A stretch of DNA of 64,000 nt from Clostridiales bacterium. GTDB lineage: Bacteria; Bacillota; Clostridia; Oscillospirales; CAG-272. Positions 26,407-36,640 of the stretch are shown in pieces. Where the stretch lies: the NCBI GenBank assembly GCA_016282315.1, contig JAEEKG010000103.1, forward strand, positions 6,749 to 70,748, in the 5' to 3' direction. The notes beneath the pieces are model-generated. The model was not told the origin of the DNA and searched no databases. It saw nothing but the letters and a program-made list of their open reading frames with translations. Every line of letters begins with the position of its first letter. The stretch's first letter is position 1. The translations under genes were made by a program, and so were the position numbers.

Positions 26407-28236
26407 ATGGCAGAACAAGCACATATTAAAAAAGGTAACCGAAAAGCAAAAACAAGAATGCTGTTTAACTTCCTCAAAGGTTCATATTTATTGTTTTTTG
26501 CAGGAATTGTTTTCACATTTTTGATTTCTTTCACGGATACCTTAAATCCTCAGATAGTCAGTGCTGTAGTTGATGGTGTTATTGGGGACGGCGCAGAGAA
26601 TGTACCGCAGGTAGTTGAGAAAATCATTGAGTTGTTTGGTGGTTATCAAGGTTTAAAGGACAACATGATTTTGACAGCTGCCATGGTAGTATCCATAGCG
26701 TTCATTTCAGCCATCGCATATTTTTCTAACAGGTATTTCATCACTAATGCTTCGGAAACATTGATGAAAAACATGAGGGACAGGATATTTACACATATTC
26801 AGCACCTCCCATATTCCTGGCATATGAAGAATAGAACAGGCGACATCATTCAAAGATGTACATCTGATGCGGATAATATTAGGAACTTTATTACTGAACA
26901 GCTGATTTCACTGTTCAGGATTATTGTCATGCTCACTTTATCTGTTTACTATATGTATTCAATGAATCTGACACTGGCTATAATCTCAACTTCATTTATC
27001 CCGCTCATACTCATATACTGTATCCTTTACAGAAGTAAAGTTGGCAAGAGATTCAGAGAAGCTGATGAGGCTGAAGGACAATTATCTGCCATGGTGCAGG
27101 AAAACCTTACCGGTGTAAGAGTAGTCAGAGCTTTCGGCAGGGAAAAGGAAGAAAGGGATAAATTCACAGCTTTCAACAACGAATTCGCAGGAATGTGGAT
27201 GAAACTGAACAAACTGTTCACATTCTTCTGGTCATCAACTGACGGAATCGGATATCTTCAGAACGTGGTCGTTGTTACTGTCGGAACAATGCTTTGCATA
27301 CAGGGAAAAATATCTTCAGGTAACCTTATAGCATTCATTTCATACAATGTAATGATGATAGGACCTATCAGACAGCTGGGCAGAATGCTTGCAGAACTTA
27401 GTAAGGCAGACGTTTCTCTTGACAGAATCTGCGAGATTATGTCAGCAAAAGAAGAACATGACAGACCAAATGCAATCGAACTTGACAAGATAGGAGATAT
27501 ATCCTTCAACCATGTCTCATATGGTTACGAAGAGAGAAAGGTTCTTGACGACGTCAGCTTCACAATCAAAGAGGGGCAGACGATAGGAATCCTCGGCGGA
27601 ACAGGCTCGGGAAAGACTACGATAATTTCGCTTCTCGGAAGGCTGTACGATCTAGAAGAGGGATGCGGCAACATAACCATAAATGGCGGAACAGATATTC
27701 AGGATGTCAAAGCTCATTGGCTAAGAAAAAACATCGGCATAGTAATGCAGGAGCCTTATCTGTTTTCAAGTACTCTTGGCGGCAACATTGCAATTTCTAC
27801 AGATGATGCTTCCGAAGACGAAGTGAGAACTGCAGCAAGAATAGCAAGCCTTGATGAGACAATAGAACAGTTCAAGGATAAATATGAAACATTTGTCGGT
27901 GAAAGGGGCGTTACTCTTTCAGGCGGACAAAAGCAAAGAGTTGCCATTGCGAGAGCAGTGCTGGCAGGAACTCAGGTGATTGTGTTTGACGACGCACTGT
28001 CTGCAGTCGATACTCAGACCGACGCCAAGATCAGAAAAGAACTGGCAGTACATTTTGCAAATTCAACTGTCATTCTCGTTTCTCACAGAATAACAACTCT
28101 GATGAATGCTGACAATATTATTGTTCTGGACAAAGGCCGGATAGTTGAACAGGGAACTCATGATGAACTTGTTAAAAAAGATGGTCTGTACAACACTATT
28201 TACAAGATTCAGAAGAGCGGATCGGAGGTGGAATAA
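26407..28236 (+). CDS. ABC exporter permease/ATPase fusion, half-transporter A of a heterodimer
   Basis: Six-TM domain plus an NBD with Walker A GGTGSGKTT, signature LSGGQKQR and Walker B VIVFDDALSAVD (Asp replaces the catalytic Glu). ATG 26407 follows AGGAG. Confidence 0.9.
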   Translation: MAEQAHIKKGNRKAKTRMLFNFLKGSYLLFFAGIVFTFLISFTDTLNPQIVSAVVDGVIGDGAENVPQVVEKIIELFGGYQGLKDNMILTAAMVVSIAFISAIAYFSNRYFITNASETLMKNMRDRIFTHIQHLPYSWHMKNRTGDIIQRCTSDADNIRNFITEQLISLFRIIVMLTLSVYYMYSMNLTLAIISTSFIPLILIYCILYRSKVGKRFREADEAEGQLSAMVQENLTGVRVVRAFGREKEERDKFTAFNNEFAGMWMKLNKLFTFFWSSTDGIGYLQNVVVVTVGTMLCIQGKISSGNLIAFISYNVMMIGPIRQLGRMLAELSKADVSLDRICEIMSAKEEHDRPNAIELDKIGDISFNHVSYGYEERKVLDDVSFTIKEGQTIGILGGTGSGKTTIISLLGRLYDLEEGCGNITINGGTDIQDVKAHWLRKNIGIVMQEPYLFSSTLGGNIAISTDDASEDEVRTAARIASLDETIEQFKDKYETFVGERGVTLSGGQKQRVAIARAVLAGTQVIVFDDALSAVDTQTDAKIRKELAVHFANSTVILVSHRITTLMNADNIIVLDKGRIVEQGTHDELVKKDGLYNTIYKIQKSGSEVE

Positions 28237-30056
28237 TGGATAATACTGATTACAAGTCCAAGTCACTTCCGTTCTTCGGCATACCTAAGCTGGCGCCGTT
28301 CATAAAGCCATATAAGAAAAAGATGGTTCTCATGGTTATTTTCGGAATTATGGTCTCAGTATTGGACGTACTGCTTCCTCAGTTCCAGAGATATGCAATA
28401 AACCATATAACTGACGGAGTGTTTGAAAAAACTATCGTTACTTTTGTCGTTCTCTATGTAACCACTGTGCTACTAGAGTGCACGACAAACTATTTGTCAT
28501 GTCTGTTTTCTGCAAACCTTGAAATTTCAATAGCAAGGGATCTCAGAAACGCGTGCTTTAACCATCTCCAGACATTGTCTTTCACTTACTATAACCAGAA
28601 CGGAGTGGGTTACATTCACTCAAGAGTCATGAGCGACAACATCAGAATAGGTGAAGTTGTGTCATGGGAACTCATGGGAGTTGTCTGGAACATGTCTTAT
28701 GTCATCGGAACAATGGCTGTTATGTTTGCGACAAACGTCACTCTGACGCTGCTCGTCATAACTGTAATACCTGTAGTGCTGTTGATGTTCTCAATCTTCC
28801 AGAAGAAACTGGTCTTTTATCACAGAAGAATTCGTGAAATCAACTCAAGGATTACTAGTAATTTCAATGAGGGAATTACCGGCGCAAAGACAATCAAGGC
28901 ACTTGTAGTTGAAGACAAGATGATCAACAAGTTCAAATCTGAAACCCAAAACATGAGGAGAACTTCAATAAATCACTCAAAAGTGAGAGGTCTGTTTGCA
29001 TCAACAATCGTATTTGCATCTTCTTTTGCTCTTGCGATTGTACTGTGGCGAGGTGGTATACTGACAAATGAAGGCGTAATGGAACTCGGAACTTACTCTG
29101 TATTCATGTCATACTCACTCGGTATAGTTGAGCCTATAAGATGGCTTGTTGACTCGGTTTCCGGATTTATAATGACACAGGTTAACATTGAGAGAGTAAC
29201 AAGGCTGCTGAGCATTTCTTCAGATGTAAACGACACAGAAGAAGTTATCAAAATATACGGCGACACATTTGAAACAAAAAAGGAGAACTGGGAGCCTCTC
29301 AAAGGCGACATCGAGTTTAAGGATGTTTCATTTGTTTACCCAGACGGAAAAGAAACGGTTCTTGAACATTTCAATCTTAAGATTCCTCAGGGCACTACAC
29401 TTGCCATTGTAGGCGAAACGGGTGCAGGAAAGTCAACTTTAGCCAACCTTGTGTGCAGATTCTATGAGCCCACAAAAGGACAGGTCCTGATTGACGGAAG
29501 GGATGTAAGAGAAAGATCCCAGCAGTGGCTGCACTCAAACATGGGATTTGTGCTTCAGACACCTCATCTGTTTTCAGGTAGCATTATTGACAATATAAGG
29601 TTCGGAAAACTTGATGCAACTGAAGAAGAAGTCATGGAGGCGCTGAGAAGCGTTTCTGCTGAGGGAATAGTTGAAAAAGCTGAAAAAGGATTAAACACCG
29701 ATGTAGGTGAGGGCGGAGACTTTCTGTCAACTGGAGAAAAGCAGCTCATATCCTTTGCGCGTGCCATAATTGCCGATCCCAGAATATTGATACTGGATGA
29801 AGCAACTGCATCTGTTGATACATTGACCGAACAGAAGATTCAGAATGCAATAACGAGTCTCATTAAGGACAGAACGACAATCATGATAGCTCACAGGCTG
29901 TCAACCGTAGTCAATGCGGATATGATACTTGTCGTGGCTAACGGAAAGATAATTGAACAGGGAACCCACAGGGAACTCATGAAAAAGAGGGGGCACTACT
30001 ATGATCTCTATATGCGTCAGTATGATGAAGACGCTGTAAAACAAACTCTTGGTTAA
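28236..30056 (+). CDS. ABC exporter permease/ATPase fusion, half-transporter B of a heterodimer
   Basis: Walker A GETGAGKST, degenerate signature LSTGEKQL and Walker B ILILDEATASVD. Its start overlaps the upstream stop (ATAATG). Confidence 0.9.
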   Translation: MDNTDYKSKSLPFFGIPKLAPFIKPYKKKMVLMVIFGIMVSVLDVLLPQFQRYAINHITDGVFEKTIVTFVVLYVTTVLLECTTNYLSCLFSANLEISIARDLRNACFNHLQTLSFTYYNQNGVGYIHSRVMSDNIRIGEVVSWELMGVVWNMSYVIGTMAVMFATNVTLTLLVITVIPVVLLMFSIFQKKLVFYHRRIREINSRITSNFNEGITGAKTIKALVVEDKMINKFKSETQNMRRTSINHSKVRGLFASTIVFASSFALAIVLWRGGILTNEGVMELGTYSVFMSYSLGIVEPIRWLVDSVSGFIMTQVNIERVTRLLSISSDVNDTEEVIKIYGDTFETKKENWEPLKGDIEFKDVSFVYPDGKETVLEHFNLKIPQGTTLAIVGETGAGKSTLANLVCRFYEPTKGQVLIDGRDVRERSQQWLHSNMGFVLQTPHLFSGSIIDNIRFGKLDATEEEVMEALRSVSAEGIVEKAEKGLNTDVGEGGDFLSTGEKQLISFARAIIADPRILILDEATASVDTLTEQKIQNAITSLIKDRTTIMIAHRLSTVVNADMILVVANGKIIEQGTHRELMKKRGHYYDLYMRQYDEDAVKQTLG

Positions 30057-30066
30057 GGATTAGATT

Positions 30067-31089
30067 ATGAGCAATAAACCACTTGAAATATATACAGGAG
30101 AATGGTCAGAAGGCCACATTCAGGGAATAGCCGTAGACAAAAAAAGAGAATTTATCTATTACAGTTTTACTACTGTATTCGTCAAAGCACGATTTGATGG
30201 TACGATAGTAGGCTGGGTAAATGGCTTTTTGGGACATCTTGGCTGCATAGATTATTGTGACGAAGATGGCAAAGTATACGCATCTCTTGAATATAAACAC
30301 GATGCGATAGGATCCGGAATCGAAAAATCCACGGGAATAAAGATTTCAGATGAAAATGCGTTTTATATAGCAATAATTGATGTGGATAGAATTGATAGGC
30401 CGAATATGGACGCAGAAAAGGATGAAGTCGTAAAGACAACGTATCTTCCTAAAGTTGTTGAATGGTTTGACAGTAAAGCTCCGAATGGACTTGAGCACAA
30501 ATATGCTGTCAGCGGAATTGACGGAACAGCTGTGGGACCTGTATTCGGAGACAAGAACAATCCTAAAAAGCTGATGGTTGCATGCGGCATATACGGAGAT
30601 AATTCCAGAGACGATAACGATTACAACATCATCATGCAATATGATATCAAATCATTGAATGACAAAAGCCAGGTATCATCTCAATTGGCTCCGCACCACT
30701 CAGGAATTGAACCTGAAGAAGTGTATTTTGTATATACGGGTAATACCGATTGGGGAATTCAGAATCTTGAATATGATGAATATACAAACAAGTGGCTTGT
30801 GGCAGTATATAAAGGACATAAAGAGCAATTTCCAAATTATCCTTTCTTCTTAATTGATTCGGACACAAAACCAAAAGATGAGATTGTGACATACGGGGAG
30901 AAAGGAAAAGTCCTTGAATTGTATAACGAAGGAATACATTTTAAAAAGGGAACAACTGGAATGTATTCTTTTGGTGATGGTTCCTACTACTTTTCTCATG
31001 ATTACAGAAATGAAAACGGAAAGTATGCAAGCAAAATAAGATTATATAAATACGACGAAAAAGAGTTCTTTGTTTTACAAACAAATTAA
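30067..31089 (+). CDS. Hypothetical cytoplasmic protein (340 aa)
   Basis: Long ORF with coding-like composition and no signal peptide, tightly packed between the ABC exporter and ilvA. No recognisable motif. Confidence 0.6.
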   Translation: MSNKPLEIYTGEWSEGHIQGIAVDKKREFIYYSFTTVFVKARFDGTIVGWVNGFLGHLGCIDYCDEDGKVYASLEYKHDAIGSGIEKSTGIKISDENAFYIAIIDVDRIDRPNMDAEKDEVVKTTYLPKVVEWFDSKAPNGLEHKYAVSGIDGTAVGPVFGDKNNPKKLMVACGIYGDNSRDDNDYNIIMQYDIKSLNDKSQVSSQLAPHHSGIEPEEVYFVYTGNTDWGIQNLEYDEYTNKWLVAVYKGHKEQFPNYPFFLIDSDTKPKDEIVTYGEKGKVLELYNEGIHFKKGTTGMYSFGDGSYYFSHDYRNENGKYASKIRLYKYDEKEFFVLQTN

Positions 31090-31109
31090 TGCATTACGGA
31101 GGCAGTTTT

Positions 31110-32315
31110 ATGTTGACAATGGACAAAGTTTATGATGCCAGAAGAGTTCTTGATGGCGTCGTCAGACACACTGACATTCAGAAGGCACACAGGTTTATAA
31201 AAGAAGACTTGTTGTTTTTTAAACCCGAAAACCTGCAAAAGACAGGTTCATTCAAGGTGAGAGGTGCAGCATATAAAATTGCTAAGCTCTCAGATGAAGA
31301 GAAACAAAAAGGCGTCATTGCTTGTTCAGCAGGCAACCACGCCCAAGGTGTTGCTCTGGCTGCTAAGAAAAGCGGTATCAAATCCATAATTTGCCTTCCG
31401 GCAGGCGCTCCCATTTCAAAGATAGAAGCGACAAAGAGTTATGGTGCTGAAGTTTGTCTTGTACCCGGTGTTTATGACGATGCTTACAAGAAAGCTCTAG
31501 AGCTAAGAGACGAATTTGGATATACATTTGTTCATCCTTTTGATGATGAAGACGTAATTGCGGGACAGGCAACCGTAGCGTTGGAAGCGCTGGAAGATCT
31601 GCCTGACATTGGTGCAGTTGTGGTTCCTATAGGCGGAGGCGGCCTGATTTCAGGAGTTGCTTTTGCTGTCAAACACATCAATCCAAAGATTAAAGTATAT
31701 GGTGTTCAGTCTGAATCAGCACCGAGCATGTTGAATTCAATAAAGGACGGAAAGATAGAGACTTTGAACAGCGTCAACACAATCGCAGATGGAATTGCTG
31801 TCAAAACCCCTGGAGAAAACACATTCAAACTCGTAAATGAATATGTTGACGACATAGTAACAGTTTCCGACAAAGAAATATGTTCAGCTATTCTTGCCCT
31901 GATGGAAAAACAAAAGATGATAGCTGAAGGCGCAGGTGCTGTATCAGTAGCGGCAGTTATGTCCAACAAAATTCCAATAGAAGGAAAGAGAGTACTAAGC
32001 ATTATTTCAGGCGGAAACATTGATGTTACAAACCTTTCAAGCGTTATCAAGAGAGGATTGATGAATGCAGGAAGGATTACATCGCTGAAGATAGAACTTA
32101 TGGACAAACCGGGACAACTTGAAAAAGTTGTTGACGTTATTTCAAAGTGCGGAGCTAACATCAAGGAAATCAGACACAACAGAGCTGCTAATACTGAGAA
32201 TATATACAGTTGTTATCTCACTGTCGAGATGGAAACCCGTGATTATGAACATGGAAAAGAAATTGTAGATAGACTTGAAGAAATGGATATTCGAGTTATC
32301 AAATTCAATGATTAA
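31110..32315 (+). CDS. ilvA: Threonine ammonia-lyase (threonine dehydratase) with C-terminal ACT-like domain
   Basis: PLP-lysine block GSFKVRGAAYK, SAGNHAQGVA and GGGGLISG. ATG 31110 follows GGAGG. Confidence 0.9.
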   Translation: MLTMDKVYDARRVLDGVVRHTDIQKAHRFIKEDLLFFKPENLQKTGSFKVRGAAYKIAKLSDEEKQKGVIACSAGNHAQGVALAAKKSGIKSIICLPAGAPISKIEATKSYGAEVCLVPGVYDDAYKKALELRDEFGYTFVHPFDDEDVIAGQATVALEALEDLPDIGAVVVPIGGGGLISGVAFAVKHINPKIKVYGVQSESAPSMLNSIKDGKIETLNSVNTIADGIAVKTPGENTFKLVNEYVDDIVTVSDKEICSAILALMEKQKMIAEGAGAVSVAAVMSNKIPIEGKRVLSIISGGNIDVTNLSSVIKRGLMNAGRITSLKIELMDKPGQLEKVVDVISKCGANIKEIRHNRAANTENIYSCYLTVEMETRDYEHGKEIVDRLEEMDIRVIKFND

Positions 32316-32329
32316 TGGAGGAAGACAAA

Positions 32330-32704
32330 ATGAGTAAAGTTGTTTACACAAAAAATGCACCGGAGGCAATAGGACCATATTCACAGGCCATTGTCACATC
32401 AAACCTTGTTTTTACATCAGGTCAGATTCCGATTGATCCGTCATGCGGTCAAATCAAGGCTACAGATATAAAAGAACAGACAGAGCAGGCATGTATGAAC
32501 GTAGGCGAAGTACTTAAGGCTGCAGGAACATCTTTTGATAAAGTTGTTAAAACTGTATGTTTCTTGCACAATATTTCAGATTTTGCAGCTTTTAACGAAG
32601 TATATGCTAAGTATTTCGTATCTAAGCCAGCTAGATCCTGTGTAGCTGTTAAGGATCTTCCTAAAGGCGCACTGGTTGAAATAGAGGCAGTTGCCGAAAT
32701 CTAA
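32330..32704 (+). CDS. ridA: RidA-family reactive enamine/imine deaminase
   Basis: APEAIGPYSQA.., a YjgF/RidA-length protein ending ..PKGALVEIEAVA. ATG 32330 follows GGAGGAAG. It lies directly downstream of ilvA. Confidence 0.9.
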   Translation: MSKVVYTKNAPEAIGPYSQAIVTSNLVFTSGQIPIDPSCGQIKATDIKEQTEQACMNVGEVLKAAGTSFDKVVKTVCFLHNISDFAAFNEVYAKYFVSKPARSCVAVKDLPKGALVEIEAVAEI

Positions 32705-32722
32705 AAATTTCTGGAGTAATAG

Positions 32723-33859
32723 ATGTATAAATTTGCTGCGACTTGTCTATTCGGGCTTGAAGGCTTATTAGGCGAAGAAATAGACAATCTGGGATATAAA
32801 CGACTCGATACTATTGACGGAAGAGTTTTTTTTGAAGGCGACGATACAGCGGTTGCGAGAGCGAATATTAATCTCAGGACTGCTGAGAGATTGTTTCTCA
32901 TTGTAACAGAATTTGATGTATATGACTTTGATTCTTTATATGAGAACACAAAACAGGCAGACTGGGGATATTATCTCCCGGTCGATGCTGTTTTTCCTGT
33001 CACCGGGCACTCAATCAAGAGCAAATTGTTCAGCGTTCCAGATTGTCAGAAAATCATAAAAAAAGCCATTTCAACGAAACTAGGCGAAAAATATAAAAAG
33101 CGTTGGCTTGAAGAATCGGGGGACAGGTACAAGATTGAGTTCTTTATTCTGAAAGATCACGCATATATTATGTTAGATTGTTCAGGTGATTCTCTCCATA
33201 AAAGAGGATACAGACCTGAGTCAACTACTGCGCCGTTGAGGGAAACTCTTGCCGCGGCAATGGTAAAAATCTCCAGACCAAGAGAGAATGTCTTGTTCTG
33301 GGATCCTATGTGCGGTTCAGCAACAATACCTATTGAAGCTGCGCTGATTATGACAAATACAGCCCCTGGTCTGAACAGACATTTTGATGCTGAAAAGTTT
33401 ATATTCTTAGATAGTAAAGTTTGGTCTGAAGCATTTGAAGAAGCCCGCAATGCAATTGTAGACACTCAATTTGAAGCATATGCATCAGATATCGATGAAA
33501 ACGCTGTTGAGATTGCAAAACAATGTGTGAAAAAGGCCGGAATGGATAAAGTAATAAAAGTGTTCAGACAAGATGCTTTGAAAATCACAACAGAAGGAAG
33601 AAGGGGGACAATTGTTTGCAACCCTCCTTACGGAGAACGACTGGTGACACTTAAAGAAGCAGAAAAGCTGTACACAAATATGGGAAAGCATTTTGCAACT
33701 CTGGAAAACTGGCAGATATACGTGTTGACCAACAATGAGTATTTTGAAAAGTTGTTCAACCGAAAAGCGGATAAAAAGAGAAAGCTTTACAACGGCATGA
33801 TTCCGTGCATATATTACCAGTTCTTTAAAAGAGTTGATCGGAAGGAAAAAGAAAAATGA
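32723..33859 (+). CDS. THUMP-domain class I SAM-dependent RNA methyltransferase (RlmL/YpsC-like)
   Basis: N-terminal THUMP-like region, SAM-binding DPMCGSATIPIEA and catalytic NPPYGERL. Confidence 0.85.
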   Translation: MYKFAATCLFGLEGLLGEEIDNLGYKRLDTIDGRVFFEGDDTAVARANINLRTAERLFLIVTEFDVYDFDSLYENTKQADWGYYLPVDAVFPVTGHSIKSKLFSVPDCQKIIKKAISTKLGEKYKKRWLEESGDRYKIEFFILKDHAYIMLDCSGDSLHKRGYRPESTTAPLRETLAAAMVKISRPRENVLFWDPMCGSATIPIEAALIMTNTAPGLNRHFDAEKFIFLDSKVWSEAFEEARNAIVDTQFEAYASDIDENAVEIAKQCVKKAGMDKVIKVFRQDALKITTEGRRGTIVCNPPYGERLVTLKEAEKLYTNMGKHFATLENWQIYVLTNNEYFEKLFNRKADKKRKLYNGMIPCIYYQFFKRVDRKEKEK

Positions 33860-35355
33860 TTTTGGAAAGAATCAATCAGTTGGTTGATTATGCGATCAAT
33901 CACGGTTTAATTACATATGAAGACAGGATTTGGGCAATCAACAGATTGCTCGAAAAACTCAGAATCGGTTCTTATGAAAGTGTTGAGTTCAAAGAGTGTG
34001 ATGATTTACAGCAAATTCTGTCGGAGATAATCGAATATGCCGGAGAAAATGGCCTTCTAGAAGGGGAAGGAACGGTATATTCAGACCTGTTTGATGCATC
34101 TGTGATGGGGCTTTTGACACCTCCTCCGCATGATGTCATTAAAACATTCAAGGATAAATACAGCGTTTCACCGGAAAGCGCAACCGAGTGGTATTATGAC
34201 TTTTCAAAATCTACTGATTACATAAGGACATACAGAGTAAAAAAGGATTTGAAGTGGGTAACTCACTCTGTTTATGGCGATATAGATATCACCATAAACC
34301 TGTCTAAGCCTGAAAAAGATCCGAAAGCAATAGCAGCAGCAAAATCAGCTCCGCAAAGCGGTTATCCGAAATGTCTGTTGTGCGCTGAGAGCGAAGGCTT
34401 TTCCGGCAATCTGAGATATCCTGCCAGACAAAATCACAGAATAATACCTATGGATCTGTATGGAGAAAAATGGTATCTCCAGTACTCTCCGTATGTCTAT
34501 TACAACGAGCATTGCATCGTACTATGTTCTGAGCACAGGCCAATGCAGATAAACAGGGCATTATTTGAGAGAATGATGGACTTTATAACCATTCTTCCTC
34601 ACTATTTCTTGGGGTCAAATGCTGATCTTCCGATTGTGGGCGGCTCAATCCTGAGTCATGACCACATGCAGGGAGGAAGATATGTATTTGCCATGGAAAA
34701 AGCACCTGTAATAAAGGATCTTTACTTTGACGGTTATTCGGACGTTGAAGCAGGTATAGTTAAGTGGCCTCTGTCCGTAATAAGGTTAACTTCCAAAAAC
34801 AGAAAACAACTTTTGGATCTAGCTGAAAAGATACTGGATAATTGGAGAGTATACTCAGATAAAGATTACTTTATTTTCGCTGAAACAGACGGCGAAAAAC
34901 ACAATACAATAACTCCTATTGCCAGGAGAAAAGGTGAAAGTTATCAACTGGATTTAGTCCTGAGAAATAATATTACGACAGAGGAGTATCCGCTGGGCGT
35001 ATACCATCCACATCAGGACAAACACAATATCAAAAAAGAAAACATAGGACTCATTGAGGTAATGGGCCTTGCGGTTCTTCCTTCCAGATTGAAAAAAGAA
35101 ATGGCAGATCTGGAATACGCCATACTCGAAAACAGAGATTTGGAAAAAGATGAAGAATTGTCCAAACACAGCAAGTGGTTTGATTCTTTTAAAGATAAAT
35201 ATACTTTCACAAAAGAAAACACCTGGGAAATACTGCAACAACAGATAGGAAATACGTTCGTAGCTGTTCTTGAAGACGCAGGTGTTTACAAGTGTAATGA
35301 AAAAGGATTGAAAGGCTTTTTGAAATTTACAGATACAGTGAATTCAAAGAAATAA
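33856..35355 (+). CDS. galT: UDP-glucose--hexose-1-phosphate uridylyltransferase (type 2, Firmicutes-type GalT)
   Basis: About 500 aa. The N-terminus (INQLVDYAINHGLITYEDRIWAINRLL) and central blocks (GYPKCLLC, LSHDHMQGG) are typical of Gram-positive GalT. Confidence 0.9.
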   Translation: MILERINQLVDYAINHGLITYEDRIWAINRLLEKLRIGSYESVEFKECDDLQQILSEIIEYAGENGLLEGEGTVYSDLFDASVMGLLTPPPHDVIKTFKDKYSVSPESATEWYYDFSKSTDYIRTYRVKKDLKWVTHSVYGDIDITINLSKPEKDPKAIAAAKSAPQSGYPKCLLCAESEGFSGNLRYPARQNHRIIPMDLYGEKWYLQYSPYVYYNEHCIVLCSEHRPMQINRALFERMMDFITILPHYFLGSNADLPIVGGSILSHDHMQGGRYVFAMEKAPVIKDLYFDGYSDVEAGIVKWPLSVIRLTSKNRKQLLDLAEKILDNWRVYSDKDYFIFAETDGEKHNTITPIARRKGESYQLDLVLRNNITTEEYPLGVYHPHQDKHNIKKENIGLIEVMGLAVLPSRLKKEMADLEYAILENRDLEKDEELSKHSKWFDSFKDKYTFTKENTWEILQQQIGNTFVAVLEDAGVYKCNEKGLKGFLKFTDTVNSKK

Positions 35356-35466
35356 CGCCATTTGTTTTACACGGATTCGTACTTTTTGTTGAAAATGTAC
35401 ATATATTAATTAAAGTCATAGTGTTAAAATAGAGAAAACTAAGGAAAGGATTTTCACTGGTTTTTT

Positions 35467-36639
35467 ATGGATTTATTTGACAAATGTTATCAGTTTACCG
35501 CAGCTGACGAAGTGAGAGAAAAAGGAATATACCCGTATTTTCACTCTCTTCAGTCCAAACAGGCAAACGAAGTAATAATGGAAGGTAAGAGAAGAATCAT
35601 GCTGGGGTCCAACAACTATCTTGGACTGACCACCAATCCTGAAGTTATGGAAGCGGCTATCAAAGCCACTGAAAAATATGGTACCGGTTGTTCCGGATCG
35701 AGATTTTTGAACGGAACACTTGAATTGCACCTTGAATTGGAAGAAGAGCTTAGTAAATTCCTGAGAAAAGAAGCAGTAGTAACTTTTTCGACTGGATTTC
35801 AAACAAATATAGGAATAATAAGCAGTCTTGTAAGAATAGGTGATTATGTTGTATGTGACAAAGAAAACCATGCAAGTATATATGATGGATGCAAATTGAG
35901 TTTCGGCAAAAAGGTGACATTCAATCATTCAGATATGCAGGATTTGGAGAGAGTACTAAGTACGATTCCGGAAGACGCAGCTAAACTCATCGTAACAGAT
36001 GGAGTTTTCAGCATGGGTGGAGATATAGCTAACTTGCCTGAAATAGTTAGACTCGCAAAAAAATATAACGCGAGAGTAATGGTGGATGACTCACATGCGC
36101 TCGGCGTTATAGGTGAAGGCGGAAGGGGAACAGCCAGTTATTTCAACCTTGAAAATGATGTTGATATATACATGGGAACGTTCAGTAAATCCTTGGCAAG
36201 TCTTGGCGGATTTATGGCCACATCATATAAAGTTGCAGATTTCGTGAGACATAATTCCAGACCTTTCATTTTCTCTGCATCTATGACTCCTTCTTCAGCT
36301 GCAGCCGCTCTTGCTGCACTCAGAGTTTTGGAAGCCCATCCGGAACTTGTGGACAAGCTAAAACACAACTCTCAATATATGCGTCAGAGACTTATTGAAC
36401 ACGATGTAAAAATCATGATGTCAGAAACGCCTATTATCCCGATTTATACATATGAACTGGAAAGAACTCTATATATAACCAAGAGATTGTTTGATGAGGG
36501 CGTATACGCAAATAGCTCTGTTCCGCCGGCAACTCCTCCGGATGGATGTCTTGTTAGAACAAGTTTGATGGCAACTCACACCGACGAATTGATAGATGAG
36601 GCTGTGGAAATAATATCCAGAGTACTCAAGGAATGCTGA
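35467..36639 (+). CDS. Alpha-oxoamine synthase family PLP enzyme, serine palmitoyltransferase-like
   Basis: Block-for-block similar by eye to Sphingomonas SPT: IMLGSNNYLGL, GSRFLNGT, HASIYDGC, GTFSKS (PLP Lys), RPFIFSASMTPS and PPATP. Confidence 0.8.
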   Translation: MDLFDKCYQFTAADEVREKGIYPYFHSLQSKQANEVIMEGKRRIMLGSNNYLGLTTNPEVMEAAIKATEKYGTGCSGSRFLNGTLELHLELEEELSKFLRKEAVVTFSTGFQTNIGIISSLVRIGDYVVCDKENHASIYDGCKLSFGKKVTFNHSDMQDLERVLSTIPEDAAKLIVTDGVFSMGGDIANLPEIVRLAKKYNARVMVDDSHALGVIGEGGRGTASYFNLENDVDIYMGTFSKSLASLGGFMATSYKVADFVRHNSRPFIFSASMTPSSAAAALAALRVLEAHPELVDKLKHNSQYMRQRLIEHDVKIMMSETPIIPIYTYELERTLYITKRLFDEGVYANSSVPPATPPDGCLVRTSLMATHTDELIDEAVEIISRVLKEC

Positions 36640-36640
36640 T

